A DNA stretch of 64,000 nt from an uncultured Clostridium sp. (GTDB lineage: Bacteria; Bacillota; Clostridia; Clostridiales; Clostridiaceae), in contig NZ_CAMQRY010000003.1 of assembly GCF_947036855.1 (NCBI RefSeq), positions 1,315-65,314 of the forward strand, written 5' to 3'. Position numbers and translations under genes: made by a program. The notes beneath the pieces are model-generated. The model was not told the DNA's origin, ran no database searches, and worked only from the letters and a program-made list of their open reading frames with translations. Every line of letters begins with the position of its first letter. Positions within the stretch are counted from its first letter, which is position 1. Positions 9,340-18,068 of the stretch are shown here, one piece after another.

Positions 9340-10737
9340 ATGAAGGTATATAACACTCTTAATAATAAAAAAGAAGATTTCAAAACTATAGTTCAAGGTG
9401 AGGTTAGCATGTATGTATGTGGACCTACTGTATATAACTTTTTCCATATTGGAAATGGTAGAACATTTATAGTTTTTGATACAATAAGAAGATATCTAGA
9501 GTATAGAGGATACAAGGTGAACTTTATTCAAAACTTTACTGACATAGATGATAAAATGATTAATAAAGCTAATGAAGAGGGCTGCACAGTAAAAGAACTT
9601 GGTGATAGATATATTAAAGAATATTATCAAGATGCTGATGGGCTAAACATAGAGAGAGCAACAGTTAATCCAAGAGCTACAGAGTTTATGGTTGAAATGG
9701 TTGAATTCATAAAAGGACTAATAGATAAAGGATTTGCTTATGCTATTGATGGTGATGTTTACTTTAAAACAAAATCATTTGAGGGTTATGGTAAATTATC
9801 AGGTCAAGATATAGATCAGTTGCAATCAGGTGCAAGAATAAATGTTGATGATAGAAAACAAGATCCTTTAGATTTTGCATTATGGAAAGCTAAAAAAGAA
9901 GGCGAACCTGCGTGGGAAAGTCCATGGGGAGAAGGTAGACCAGGTTGGCATATAGAATGCTCATGTATGGCTAAAAAACTTCTTGGAGAAACAATAGATA
10001 TTCATGCTGGTGGATCAGATTTAGCATTCCCACATCATGAAAATGAAGTGGCTCAAAGTGAAGCTTTAACAGGGAAACCATTTGCAAACTATTGGTTACA
10101 TTCAGCATTTGTAAATGTTAATAATCAAAAAATGTCTAAGTCATTAAATAACTTTAAGACTGCTAGAGAAACATTAAAAGAATATAATTCAGATATAATA
10201 AGATTCCTAATGTTATCTGCTCATTATAGACAACAACTTAACTTTAGTGACGATTTATTAGAATCAGCTAAAGCCTCAATTGAAAGATTATATAATGCAG
10301 TTTCAAAACTTGAAGAAATAATAGATAAAGCAAGTACTGAAGTTATGAGTGATGAAGAGAATACTTATTTATCAGGACTTGATAAATATAGACAAAAATA
10401 CATTCAAAAAATGGATGATGATTTTAATACTGCTGATGCTATAACAGCTATCTTTGATTTAGTTAAAGATATAAATACACATATGGCAAATACAAATTCA
10501 AAAGAACTTGCAGTTAAAGTTTTAGATTTAATCAGAGAACTAGGAGGTCCACTTGGAATACTTCAAAATTCTACTAAAGTAAATTTAGATGATGAAATTG
10601 ATAACTTAGTTCAAGAAAGACAAGAAGCAAGAAAAAATAAAGACTTTAAGAGATCAGATGAAATTAGAGATGAACTTAAAGCAAGAGGTATTGTTTTAGA
10701 AGATACACCACAAGGTGTTAGATGGAAAAAACTTTAA
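9340..10737 (+). CDS. cysS: cysteine--tRNA ligase
   Basis: HIGN (HIGH-type) and KMSKS motifs; 465 aa. Confidence 0.95.
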   Translation: MKVYNTLNNKKEDFKTIVQGEVSMYVCGPTVYNFFHIGNGRTFIVFDTIRRYLEYRGYKVNFIQNFTDIDDKMINKANEEGCTVKELGDRYIKEYYQDADGLNIERATVNPRATEFMVEMVEFIKGLIDKGFAYAIDGDVYFKTKSFEGYGKLSGQDIDQLQSGARINVDDRKQDPLDFALWKAKKEGEPAWESPWGEGRPGWHIECSCMAKKLLGETIDIHAGGSDLAFPHHENEVAQSEALTGKPFANYWLHSAFVNVNNQKMSKSLNNFKTARETLKEYNSDIIRFLMLSAHYRQQLNFSDDLLESAKASIERLYNAVSKLEEIIDKASTEVMSDEENTYLSGLDKYRQKYIQKMDDDFNTADAITAIFDLVKDINTHMANTNSKELAVKVLDLIRELGGPLGILQNSTKVNLDDEIDNLVQERQEARKNKDFKRSDEIRDELKARGIVLEDTPQGVRWKKL

Positions 10738-10747
10738 TAATATAATT

Positions 10748-10778
10748 AAAAGCTATCTCAAATTCGAGATAGCTTTTA
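10748..10778 (+). terminator. terminator-like hairpin after cysS
   Basis: AAAAGCTATCTC-aaattc-GAGATAGCTTTT. The T-run is short. Confidence 0.6.
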
Positions 10779-10952
10779 ATTTGTAGAAATTTGAATGTTA
10801 TATTTTTATAAATTAAGATTAGAATTAATATAATATGTCGATAAATAAAGAGAATAGATAAAAAGTAATAGATAAATAATGTGAAAAAATATATAATCTA
10901 TATAAGTAGAGATAGATTATGTAAATATCTATTTTAGCTAAGGAGAGATAAA

Positions 10953-11369
10953 ATGTTAGATAAAATGTTATTTAAGGAATACACTAATCAAGAAGCAAAG
11001 CAATTTAACCCACTTCAGTTAGCTTTAATTGGTGATGCAGTATATGAAGTTTATGTTAGAAGTTATGTTTTTAATGGTAATCAAGGATTATCAGCACATA
11101 AAATACATGTAGAAGCAATAAACTATGTGAAAGCTAAAGGTCAAAGTGACATAATGTTAATAATTCAAGATGATTTAACAGAGGATGAATTATACATTTT
11201 TAAAAGAGGAAGAAATGCAAAATCAGCAACAGTTCCTAAAAATGCAAATGTTAGAGATTATAGAGCTGCAACAGGTTTTGAATCTTTAATAGGATACCTT
11301 TACTTAACAAATCAACAAGAAAGATTAATTGAGCTTGTTAAAAAAGGTGTAGATAATTTAAAGAAATAA
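10953..11369 (+). CDS. mrnC: mini-ribonuclease III
   Basis: 138 aa with the LALIGDAVYE RNase III-like signature. Lies downstream of cysS, as in Bacillus. Confidence 0.85.
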   Translation: MLDKMLFKEYTNQEAKQFNPLQLALIGDAVYEVYVRSYVFNGNQGLSAHKIHVEAINYVKAKGQSDIMLIIQDDLTEDELYIFKRGRNAKSATVPKNANVRDYRAATGFESLIGYLYLTNQQERLIELVKKGVDNLKK

Positions 11370-11416
11370 AATGGTAGTATATAAAAGGATAGTTTGAAAT
11401 TATGGAGGTATTAAAT

Positions 11417-12247
11417 ATGAGTAATGCAGATAAAATATTTAAAGAAATGTGTGAAGATGTAATAAAAAATGGTGAATCTTCAAAGGGGCAGGTTATAAGA
11501 GCTAAATGGCTTGATGGAGAAGAAGCCCACACAATAAAACAATTCTGTGTTGTTAATAGATATGACTTATCAAAAGAGTTTCCTATAATGACACTTAGAC
11601 CTACAAATATCAAAGCAGCTATAGATGAACTTCTATGGATATGGCAAAAAAAATCAAATAATACAAATGATTTAAATAGTAAAATTTGGGATAGTTGGGC
11701 AGATGAAACTGGAAGTATAGGTAAGGCTTATGGGTATCAATTAGGTCTTAAACATAAATACTCAGAAGGTGAGTTTGATCAAGTTGATAGAGTTTTATAT
11801 GATTTAAAAAATAATCCATATAGTAGAAGAATTATTGTAAGCATGTATAATCATGATGATTTACATGAAATGAATTTATATCCTTGTGCATATAGTATGA
11901 CTTTTAATGTTGTTGGAAATAAATTAAATGCAATATTAAATCAAAGATCACAAGATATATTAGTAGCAAATAATTGGAATGTATCTCAATATGCAATACT
12001 AGTACATATGTTTGCACAAGTATCAGGTTTAGAAGTTGGAGAGTTTGTTCATGTAATAGCAGATGCACATATATATGATAGACATATTCCACTTGTAGAA
12101 GAACTTATTTCAAGAAAATCATTTGAAGCACCAAAGCTAATCATAAATAAAGATATTAAAGATTTTTATGATTTTAAAGTTGAAGATTTTACTTTAGAAA
12201 ATTATGAGCATGGCGAGCAGGTAAAAAAAATACCAGTAGCTATCTAA
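11417..12247 (+). CDS. thyA: thymidylate synthase, ThyA of the Bacillus ThyA / phage ThyP3-like subtype
   Basis: The start is ATG 11417, after GGAGG. Motifs seen: ELLWIWQKKSN, NPYSRRIIVSMYN, catalytic Cys in LYPCAY, and RSQD. Confidence 0.85.
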   Translation: MSNADKIFKEMCEDVIKNGESSKGQVIRAKWLDGEEAHTIKQFCVVNRYDLSKEFPIMTLRPTNIKAAIDELLWIWQKKSNNTNDLNSKIWDSWADETGSIGKAYGYQLGLKHKYSEGEFDQVDRVLYDLKNNPYSRRIIVSMYNHDDLHEMNLYPCAYSMTFNVVGNKLNAILNQRSQDILVANNWNVSQYAILVHMFAQVSGLEVGEFVHVIADAHIYDRHIPLVEELISRKSFEAPKLIINKDIKDFYDFKVEDFTLENYEHGEQVKKIPVAI

Positions 12248-12263
12248 TTAGGGAGGGTGTAAT

Positions 12264-12755
12264 ATGAAAGCTATAGTTGCAGTAGATAAAAAATTTGGAA
12301 TAGGTCATAAAGGAAACTTACTTTTACGCATTCCAGGCGATATGAAGTTCTTTAAAGAAAATACTATTAACAATGTAATTGTAATGGGAAGAGAAACATT
12401 AGAATCATTACCAAAACAAGCTCCGTTGAAAGATAGAGTTAATATAGTTCTAACAAGAAGTAAAGATTATAAAAAAGATGGTTTTGTAGTTTGTAATTCA
12501 GTTAATGAGACTTTAGAGAAATTAAAAGAATACACAAATAAAGAAGTTTTTATAATTGGCGGAGAAGCTATATACAAAGAGTTCCTACCTTACTGTGATG
12601 AATTATATATAACTAAAATAGAGAATGAGTATATAGCAGATAAATACTTTCCTAATATAAGTAATGATAAGTCATGGGAATTATATGAGGAAAGTGAAGA
12701 AAGAAGTCATGATGATATAAAATATAAGATGACGAAATATAAAAATGTAAAATAA
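12264..12755 (+). CDS. folA: dihydrofolate reductase
   Basis: 163 aa with IVAVDKKFGIGHKGNLLLRIPGDMKFFKENT and IIGG motifs. Lies immediately downstream of thyA. Confidence 0.9.
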   Translation: MKAIVAVDKKFGIGHKGNLLLRIPGDMKFFKENTINNVIVMGRETLESLPKQAPLKDRVNIVLTRSKDYKKDGFVVCNSVNETLEKLKEYTNKEVFIIGGEAIYKEFLPYCDELYITKIENEYIADKYFPNISNDKSWELYEESEERSHDDIKYKMTKYKNVK

Positions 12756-12792
12756 CAAAAATAAAACTAAAGAAAGAAAAGAGGAATATAAA

Positions 12793-13662
12793 ATGACAAA
12801 GTCAGAAAACAGAGCAAGACAAATGAGAAGATATGAAAAAGAATTAGCAAAAGATGAGAGAAGAGAAAGATATGAAGAGAAAATGGCTAAAGCTTCAGCA
12901 ATAGATGGACAAATGTCTGGAAGAGAAGATTTAATAGAAGGAAGAAATTCTGTAATTGAACTTTTAAAATCAGAAAGAGCAACAGTTGAGCAAATATTCA
13001 TAGCAAAAGGAAAATTAGAAGGTTCAATAACTAAAATTATAGGAATGGCTAAAGATAAAAGTATAGTTCTTAAAGAAGTAGATAGAAAAAAATTAGATTC
13101 ATTAAGTGAAACAGGTTCACATCAAGGGGTAATAGCTCAAATAACACCTTTTGAATATAGTGAAGTTGATGATATTTTAGCTTATGCGGCTAAAAAAGGT
13201 CAAGATCCTTTCATAATAATATTAGATGAATTAGAAGATCCTCATAATTTAGGTTCAATAGTTAGAACAGCAGAACTTTGTGGTGTTCATGGAATAATAA
13301 TACCAAAAAGAAGAAATGTTGGAGTAACATCAACAGTTTATAAAATAGCAGCTGGAGCTATAGAGCATATGAGAATTGCTAAAGTTACAAATGTTAATAA
13401 TGAAATAGATAAATTAAAATCAAAAGGTGTTTGGATATATGGTTCAGATATAAGAGCAGAAGAGGTTAGTTATAGTGTAAACTATTCAGGACCTTGTGCG
13501 CTAATAATAGGAAATGAAGGAAGAGGAATGTCTAAATTAACTGCTAAGAAATGTGATAAATTAGTAAAAATACCTATGGTTGGAAAAATAAACTCTTTAA
13601 ATGCGTCAGTTGCTGGTGGTATAATGATGTATGAAGTCTTAAAATCAAGACTAATAAAGTAG
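12793..13662 (+). CDS. rlmB: 23S rRNA (guanosine-2'-O)-methyltransferase RlmB (SpoU/TrmH family) with a charged N-terminal extension
   Basis: SpoU methylase motifs (LDELEDPHNLGSIVRTA, GNEGRGMS, SLNASVAGGI). Conserved position before yacP-sigH. Confidence 0.9.
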   Translation: MTKSENRARQMRRYEKELAKDERRERYEEKMAKASAIDGQMSGREDLIEGRNSVIELLKSERATVEQIFIAKGKLEGSITKIIGMAKDKSIVLKEVDRKKLDSLSETGSHQGVIAQITPFEYSEVDDILAYAAKKGQDPFIIILDELEDPHNLGSIVRTAELCGVHGIIIPKRRNVGVTSTVYKIAAGAIEHMRIAKVTNVNNEIDKLKSKGVWIYGSDIRAEEVSYSVNYSGPCALIIGNEGRGMSKLTAKKCDKLVKIPMVGKINSLNASVAGGIMMYEVLKSRLIK

Positions 13663-13679
13663 AAAAAAAGTAGTTATTG

Positions 13680-14204
13680 ATGAAATTTGTATTTATTGAT
13701 GCATATAATGTTATAAATAGTTGGCCAAGTTTAAAGAAGGTAATGAAAGAAACTGATCTTGAAAATGGAAGAATTAAATTGATAGAGAAAGTTGAAAATT
13801 ATGCTTCGTTTAAAAATTGTAAAGCTTTTATAGTATTTGATGCACATAAACTCAGTAACAGTGATGAAAAAGAAGAGTCTGTAGGTAGAAATAAAAATGT
13901 AAGTGTAGTATACACTAAATCTAGTGAGACAGCTGACAGTTATATAGAGAGAAGAGTAAATGAACTAGGAAAAAGATATGAGGTTTTAGTGGTTACATCA
14001 GATAATCTAGAGCAACAAACAATTTTTCAAAGAGGTGCAACAAGAATGCCTTCATTAGAATTTTACAATGAAGTAGTAAAAGTTGAAGATGTTATAAAAG
14101 TAAGAACTAAGAAAAATGAAAGTGCTAATAGAAATCTTTTATGGGATAATCTTAGTGATGATGTTGCAGGGGTTTTAGATAAATTAAGAAAAAGTGATAT
14201 GTAG
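13680..14204 (+). CDS. yacP: NYN-domain ribonuclease YacP/Rae1-like
   Basis: FIDAYNVIN N-terminus and VVTSD motif. Conserved rlmB-yacP-sigH order. Confidence 0.85.
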   Translation: MKFVFIDAYNVINSWPSLKKVMKETDLENGRIKLIEKVENYASFKNCKAFIVFDAHKLSNSDEKEESVGRNKNVSVVYTKSSETADSYIERRVNELGKRYEVLVVTSDNLEQQTIFQRGATRMPSLEFYNEVVKVEDVIKVRTKKNESANRNLLWDNLSDDVAGVLDKLRKSDM

Positions 14205-14253
14205 GTTTGAGCTAAAGGTATTTCTTTTATATGGTATAAAAGGGGGGAGAATT

Positions 14254-14913
14254 ATGGGGACAGTTGGAAGTTTGAGGTTAATGGAAAATGAGATAGTAAA
14301 TAAAACTGATGAAGAAATAGTTTTAGTAGCAAAAACTGGTAACAATATAGCGCAAGATTTTATAATTAATAAGTATGAGCAGTTTGTGAAAGCTAAAGCA
14401 AAATCATATTTTTTAATAGGGGCAGATAAAGAAGATATATACCAAGAAGGTATGATTGGTTTATATAAAGCAATACGAGATTTTAAAGAGGATAAAGAAA
14501 GTTCTTTTAGAGTATTTGCAGAACTTTGTATAACAAGGCAAATAATAACTGCTATAAAAACAGCAACAAGGCAAAAACATATACCTCTTAATACATATGT
14601 TTCATTAAATAAGCCGATCTATGAAGAAGATTCTGAGAGAACATTATTAGATGTTATAGATGGAATGAAAATAACAGATCCAGAGGCTTTGATAATAGGA
14701 AAAGAAGATGTTGCGAATATAGAGCTTCAAATAAAAAGTGTTTTATCAAGTTTAGAAATGGAAGTTTTGAATTACTATTTAGATGGTAAAAGTTATCAAG
14801 AAATAGCAGAAGATCTTGATCGTGAAGCTAAATCTATAGATAATGCATTACAGCGAGTTAAGAAGAAATTAGAGAAGTCTTTTTATGAAAAAAAGAAGAG
14901 TGATATTTATTAA
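14254..14913 (+). CDS. sigH: RNA polymerase sporulation-initiation sigma factor SigH
   Basis: The start is ATG 14254, after AGGGGGGAG. Sigma-70 regions 2 and 4 are present (DIYQEGMIGLYKAIRDF, SYQEIAEDL). Conserved position before rpmG-secE-nusG. Confidence 0.9.
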   Translation: MGTVGSLRLMENEIVNKTDEEIVLVAKTGNNIAQDFIINKYEQFVKAKAKSYFLIGADKEDIYQEGMIGLYKAIRDFKEDKESSFRVFAELCITRQIITAIKTATRQKHIPLNTYVSLNKPIYEEDSERTLLDVIDGMKITDPEALIIGKEDVANIELQIKSVLSSLEMEVLNYYLDGKSYQEIAEDLDREAKSIDNALQRVKKKLEKSFYEKKKSDIY

Positions 14914-14920
14914 TATATTA

Positions 14921-14949
14921 TTGACAAAAATAAGTATTAGTAGTAAACT
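14921..14949 (+). promoter_or_regulatory. candidate sigma-A promoter for tRNA-Thr/tuf (TTGACA-17-TAAACT)
   Basis: TTGACA at 14921-14926 and TAAACT at 14944-14949. Confidence 0.5.
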
Positions 14950-14990
14950 CATAAAAGTATAGAGATAAATTAGAATATAGGTATAAAGTT

Positions 14991-15066
14991 GCTCATGTGG
15001 CTCAGTTGGTAGAGTGTCGCCTTGGTAAGGCGGAGGTCGTCGGTTCAAGTCCGATCATGAGCTCCA
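14991..15066 (+). tRNA. tRNA-Thr (anticodon GGT), CCA encoded
   Basis: Cloverleaf read by eye. The acceptor stem is GCTCATG/CATGAGC. The anticodon stem TCGCC/GGCGG carries loop TTGGTAA. The T-arm is GTCGG-TTCAAGT-CCGAT. The 3' end is T-CCA. Confidence 0.9.
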
Positions 15067-15099
15067 AAAACTTGTAAGAGTGAAAACACTAGGCAAAGT

Positions 15100-16342
15100 T
15101 TATTTAAAATTAAAGGAGGAATTTACAATGTCAAAGGCTAAATTCGAGAGAAATAAACCACACGTAAACATTGGAACAATAGGTCACGTAGACCACGGTA
15201 AAACTACATTAACAGCTGCTATCACATCAGTATTAGCAGTAAGAGGTGGAGCTGAGGCTTTCAAATATGACGAAATAGATAAAGCACCAGAGGAAAAAGC
15301 AAGAGGAATCACAATCAACTCAGCACACGTTGAGTATGAAACAGAAGAAAGACACTATGCTCACGTTGACTGTCCAGGTCACGCTGACTATGTTAAGAAT
15401 ATGATCACAGGAGCTGCACAAATGGATGGAGCAATCCTAGTATGTTCAGCTGCAGATGGTCCAATGCCTCAAACAAGAGAGCATATACTATTAGCTTCAA
15501 GAGTTGGAGTTAGTCATATAGTAGTATTCTTAAACAAAGCTGACATGGTTGATGACGAAGAGTTATTAGAGTTAGTAGAAATGGAAATAAGAGAATTACT
15601 AAGTGAGTATGATTTCCCAGGAGATGATATTCCAGTAGTAAAAGGATCAGCATTAAAAGCATTAGAAAGCCCTTCAGATGAAGTTGCAATAGCACCAATC
15701 TTAGAGTTAATGGATGCAGTTGATAGTTATATCCCTACACCAGAGAGATCAACAGACTTAACATTCTTAATGCCAATAGAGGACGTCTTCACAATAACAG
15801 GAAGAGGAACAGTTGCAACAGGAAGAATTGAAAGAGGAACACTTCACATAGCTGAAGAAGTTGAAATCGTAGGATTAGTAGAAGAGAGCAGAAAAGTAAT
15901 AGTAACAGGAATAGAAATGTTCAGAAAATTATTAGATGATGCTCAAGCAGGAGATAATATAGGAGCTCTTTTAAGAGGAGTTCAAAGAGATGATATACAA
16001 AGAGGGCAAGTTCTTGCTAAAACAGGATCAGTTAAGCCACATACAAACTTTGTAGGTCAAGTATATGTACTTAAAAAAGAAGAAGGTGGAAGACATACTC
16101 CATTCTTCGATGGATATAGACCACAGTTCTACTTTAGAACAACTGATGTAACAGGATCAATAAAATTACCAGACGGAATGGAAATGGTAATGCCAGGAGA
16201 TCATATAGATATGGTTGTTGAATTAATACACCCAATCGCTATGGAAGAGGGATTAAGATTTGCTATCAGAGAAGGTGGAAGAACAGTAGGTTCAGGAGTT
16301 GTTACTACAATAACAAAGTAATCAATTTTTGATATACAAAAA
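15100..16342 (+). repeat. 1.24-kb direct repeat, copy 1 (tuf CDS plus about 28 nt upstream and 21 nt downstream)
   Basis: By-eye comparison with 30875-32116 found no mismatch across the 1194-nt CDS. The flanks share TTATTTAAAATTAAAGGAGGAATTTA upstream and TAAT[C/T]AATTTTTGATATACAAAAA downstream. Confidence 0.9.
15128..16321 (+). CDS. tuf: elongation factor Tu, copy 1
   Basis: 397 aa starting [27 protein letters not shown], with AAAGGAGGA upstream. The 16-codon N-terminal extension in the track (from 15080) is spurious. Confidence 0.97.
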   Translation: MSKAKFERNKPHVNIGTIGHVDHGKTTLTAAITSVLAVRGGAEAFKYDEIDKAPEEKARGITINSAHVEYETEERHYAHVDCPGHADYVKNMITGAAQMDGAILVCSAADGPMPQTREHILLASRVGVSHIVVFLNKADMVDDEELLELVEMEIRELLSEYDFPGDDIPVVKGSALKALESPSDEVAIAPILELMDAVDSYIPTPERSTDLTFLMPIEDVFTITGRGTVATGRIERGTLHIAEEVEIVGLVEESRKVIVTGIEMFRKLLDDAQAGDNIGALLRGVQRDDIQRGQVLAKTGSVKPHTNFVGQVYVLKKEEGGRHTPFFDGYRPQFYFRTTDVTGSIKLPDGMEMVMPGDHIDMVVELIHPIAMEEGLRFAIREGGRTVGSGVVTTITK

Positions 16343-16505
16343 GAGACTTTTCAATCTCAAACATGTAGGACTGGGTGTAATAACCTAGTCCTTTACATAG
16401 TCGAGAATTGTTGACATTAATATACTTTTGTGATAGTGTTATTATTGCAAATAAAGTCGAGATAGTAGACATTACTTTATATATAGGAAACTGGAGGTGC
16501 TGAAC

Positions 16506-16655
16506 GTGAGAGTAAAAGTAACTTTAGCATGCACAGAGTGTAAGCAAAGAAATTACAGTACAATGAAAAATAAAAGAAATAATCCAAACAGAATTGAAAT
16601 GAATAAATATTGCAAATTCTGTAAAAAACATACTCTTCATAGAGAAACAAAATAA
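16506..16655 (+). CDS. rpmG: 50S ribosomal protein L33 (zinc-ribbon type)
   Basis: GTG start after GGAGGTG. Translation: [49 protein letters not shown] (49 aa). Too short for the ORF track. Confidence 0.9.
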   Translation: MRVKVTLACTECKQRNYSTMKNKRNNPNRIEMNKYCKFCKKHTLHRETK

Positions 16656-16718
16656 TAAACAGATTGATTGATCAATCTATTTGTTATTAACTCATAGGGT
16701 GTTAAGGATGTGAAACAA

Positions 16719-16943
16719 ATGGCTGCAAATGGAAAAGGTAAGGATACATCTGTGAAAGCGGTAGGTCCTATTCAATTTTTAAAAGAGGTTAGGGCTGAGG
16801 TTAAAAGAATAACTTGGCCATCCAAAGAAGAAGCTAAAAAAGCAATAATAGCTGTCCTTGTGGTAACTATTGCTGCGATTATTTTAGTTGGTAGCGTAGA
16901 TTTTGTGTTTAAAAACCTCTTTGAATTTATATTCAAACTTTAA
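16719..16943 (+). CDS. secE: preprotein translocase subunit SecE
   Basis: The product has a KRITWPSKEE motif and a single C-terminal TM helix. ATG 16719 lies 10 nt after AAGGA; the GTG at 16710 is an alternative start. Confidence 0.85.
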   Translation: MAANGKGKDTSVKAVGPIQFLKEVRAEVKRITWPSKEEAKKAIIAVLVVTIAAIILVGSVDFVFKNLFEFIFKL

Positions 16944-16989
16944 TTAGAAAAAGGAGGTTTAAAGGCTTTAAAAGCGCCTTAGAATTGAT

Positions 16990-17511
16990 ATGAGTGAAAC
17001 AGCAAAATGGTACGTAGTACACACTTATTCTGGATACGAGAATAAAGTAAAAGTTACTATTGAAAAAACAATAGAAAACAGAAATATTCCAGGACTTATT
17101 TTTGATATGCAAATTCCTATGGAAGAGTATACTGAAGAAAAAGACGGGAAGATTAAAACTACTTTAAGAAAAAAGTTTCCAGGATATTTATTAGTTAAAA
17201 TGCTTATGACAGACGAATCATGGTATGTGGTTAGAAATACTAGAGGAGTTACAGGGTTCGTAGGACCTGGGTCTAAGCCAGTTCCTCTTACTGATGCAGA
17301 AGTTGAAGCGATGGGTGTTCAAGATGGATACGTGGATATCAACCTTGAAGTAGGAGAGACTATTAAGGTAATTTCAGGAGCTATAGCTGGTTGTACAGCT
17401 GTAATAGAAGAAATTGACTTAGAAAACTCTAAAGTTAAGGCTTTAGTAGATATGTTCGGAAGAGAAACACTTGCCGAACTAGATTTTAACCAATTAGAAA
17501 AATTAGATTAG
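16990..17511 (+). CDS. nusG: transcription termination/antitermination factor NusG
   Basis: WYVVHTYSGYENKVK N-terminus and a KOW domain. Confidence 0.95.
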   Translation: MSETAKWYVVHTYSGYENKVKVTIEKTIENRNIPGLIFDMQIPMEEYTEEKDGKIKTTLRKKFPGYLLVKMLMTDESWYVVRNTRGVTGFVGPGSKPVPLTDAEVEAMGVQDGYVDINLEVGETIKVISGAIAGCTAVIEEIDLENSKVKALVDMFGRETLAELDFNQLEKLD

Positions 17512-17535
17512 ATAATTTAGACGAAAGTCTTAATT

Positions 17536-17567
17536 AAGTGGGAGGGGAAACCCCGAAAACACCACAG
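17536..17567 (+). promoter_or_regulatory. candidate L1-binding leader structure upstream of rplK
   Basis: AAGUGGGAGGGGAAACCCCGAAAACACCACAG has an outer helix GUGG/CCAC, a GA(G) bulge and an inner GGGG-AAA-CCCC hairpin. It lies immediately 5' of the rplK SD. Confidence 0.45.
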
Positions 17568-17585
17568 TAATAGGAGGAATAACTC

Positions 17586-18011
17586 ATGGCTAAAAAAGTA
17601 ACAGGAATGATAAAACTTCAACTTCAAGCAGGGAAGGCAACTCCTGCACCACCAGTAGGACCAGCTTTAGGTCAACATGGTGTTAATATTATGGGATTCT
17701 GTAAAGAGTTCAATGCAAAAACTTCAGATAAAGTTGGTTTAATAATACCAGTAGTTATAACAGTATATCAGGATAGATCATTTAGTTTTATACTAAAGAC
17801 TCCACCAGCTGCTGTTTTAATTAAGAAAGAATTAGGATTAAAAAGTGGATCAGGTGTTCCGAATACAACTAAGGTTGGACAATTAACACAAGATCAAGTT
17901 AGAAAAATAGCTGAAATGAAAATGCCTGATTTAAATGCAGCTTCAGTTGAGTCTGCTATGAGAATGGTAGCAGGTACTGCAAGAAGTATGGGTGTTACAA
18001 TAGAAGAATAA
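17586..18011 (+). CDS. rplK: 50S ribosomal protein L11
   Basis: [36 protein letters not shown]. Confidence 0.97.
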   Translation: MAKKVTGMIKLQLQAGKATPAPPVGPALGQHGVNIMGFCKEFNAKTSDKVGLIIPVVITVYQDRSFSFILKTPPAAVLIKKELGLKSGSGVPNTTKVGQLTQDQVRKIAEMKMPDLNAASVESAMRMVAGTARSMGVTIEE

Positions 18012-18024
18012 TAACATACAAAAT

Positions 18025-18054
18025 AAGTGGGAGGTCGAAACCGTTAGTACCACA
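18025..18054 (+). promoter_or_regulatory. second copy of the candidate L1-binding structure, upstream of rplA
   Basis: AAGUGGGAGGUCGAAACCGUUAGUACCACAU has the same AAGUGGGAGG...GAAACC...ACCACA frame as 17536-17567. It lies immediately 5' of the rplA SD. Confidence 0.45.
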
Positions 18055-18068
18055 TAGGAGGATTTACA

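Noticed and set aside
15080-15127. 16-codon N-terminal extension of tuf copy 1 (also the sigH 14194, rplC 32939 and infA 44855 extensions)
   Set aside because: The internal starts have proper SD spacing and give canonical N-termini. For tuf, the second identical copy starts at the internal ATG.
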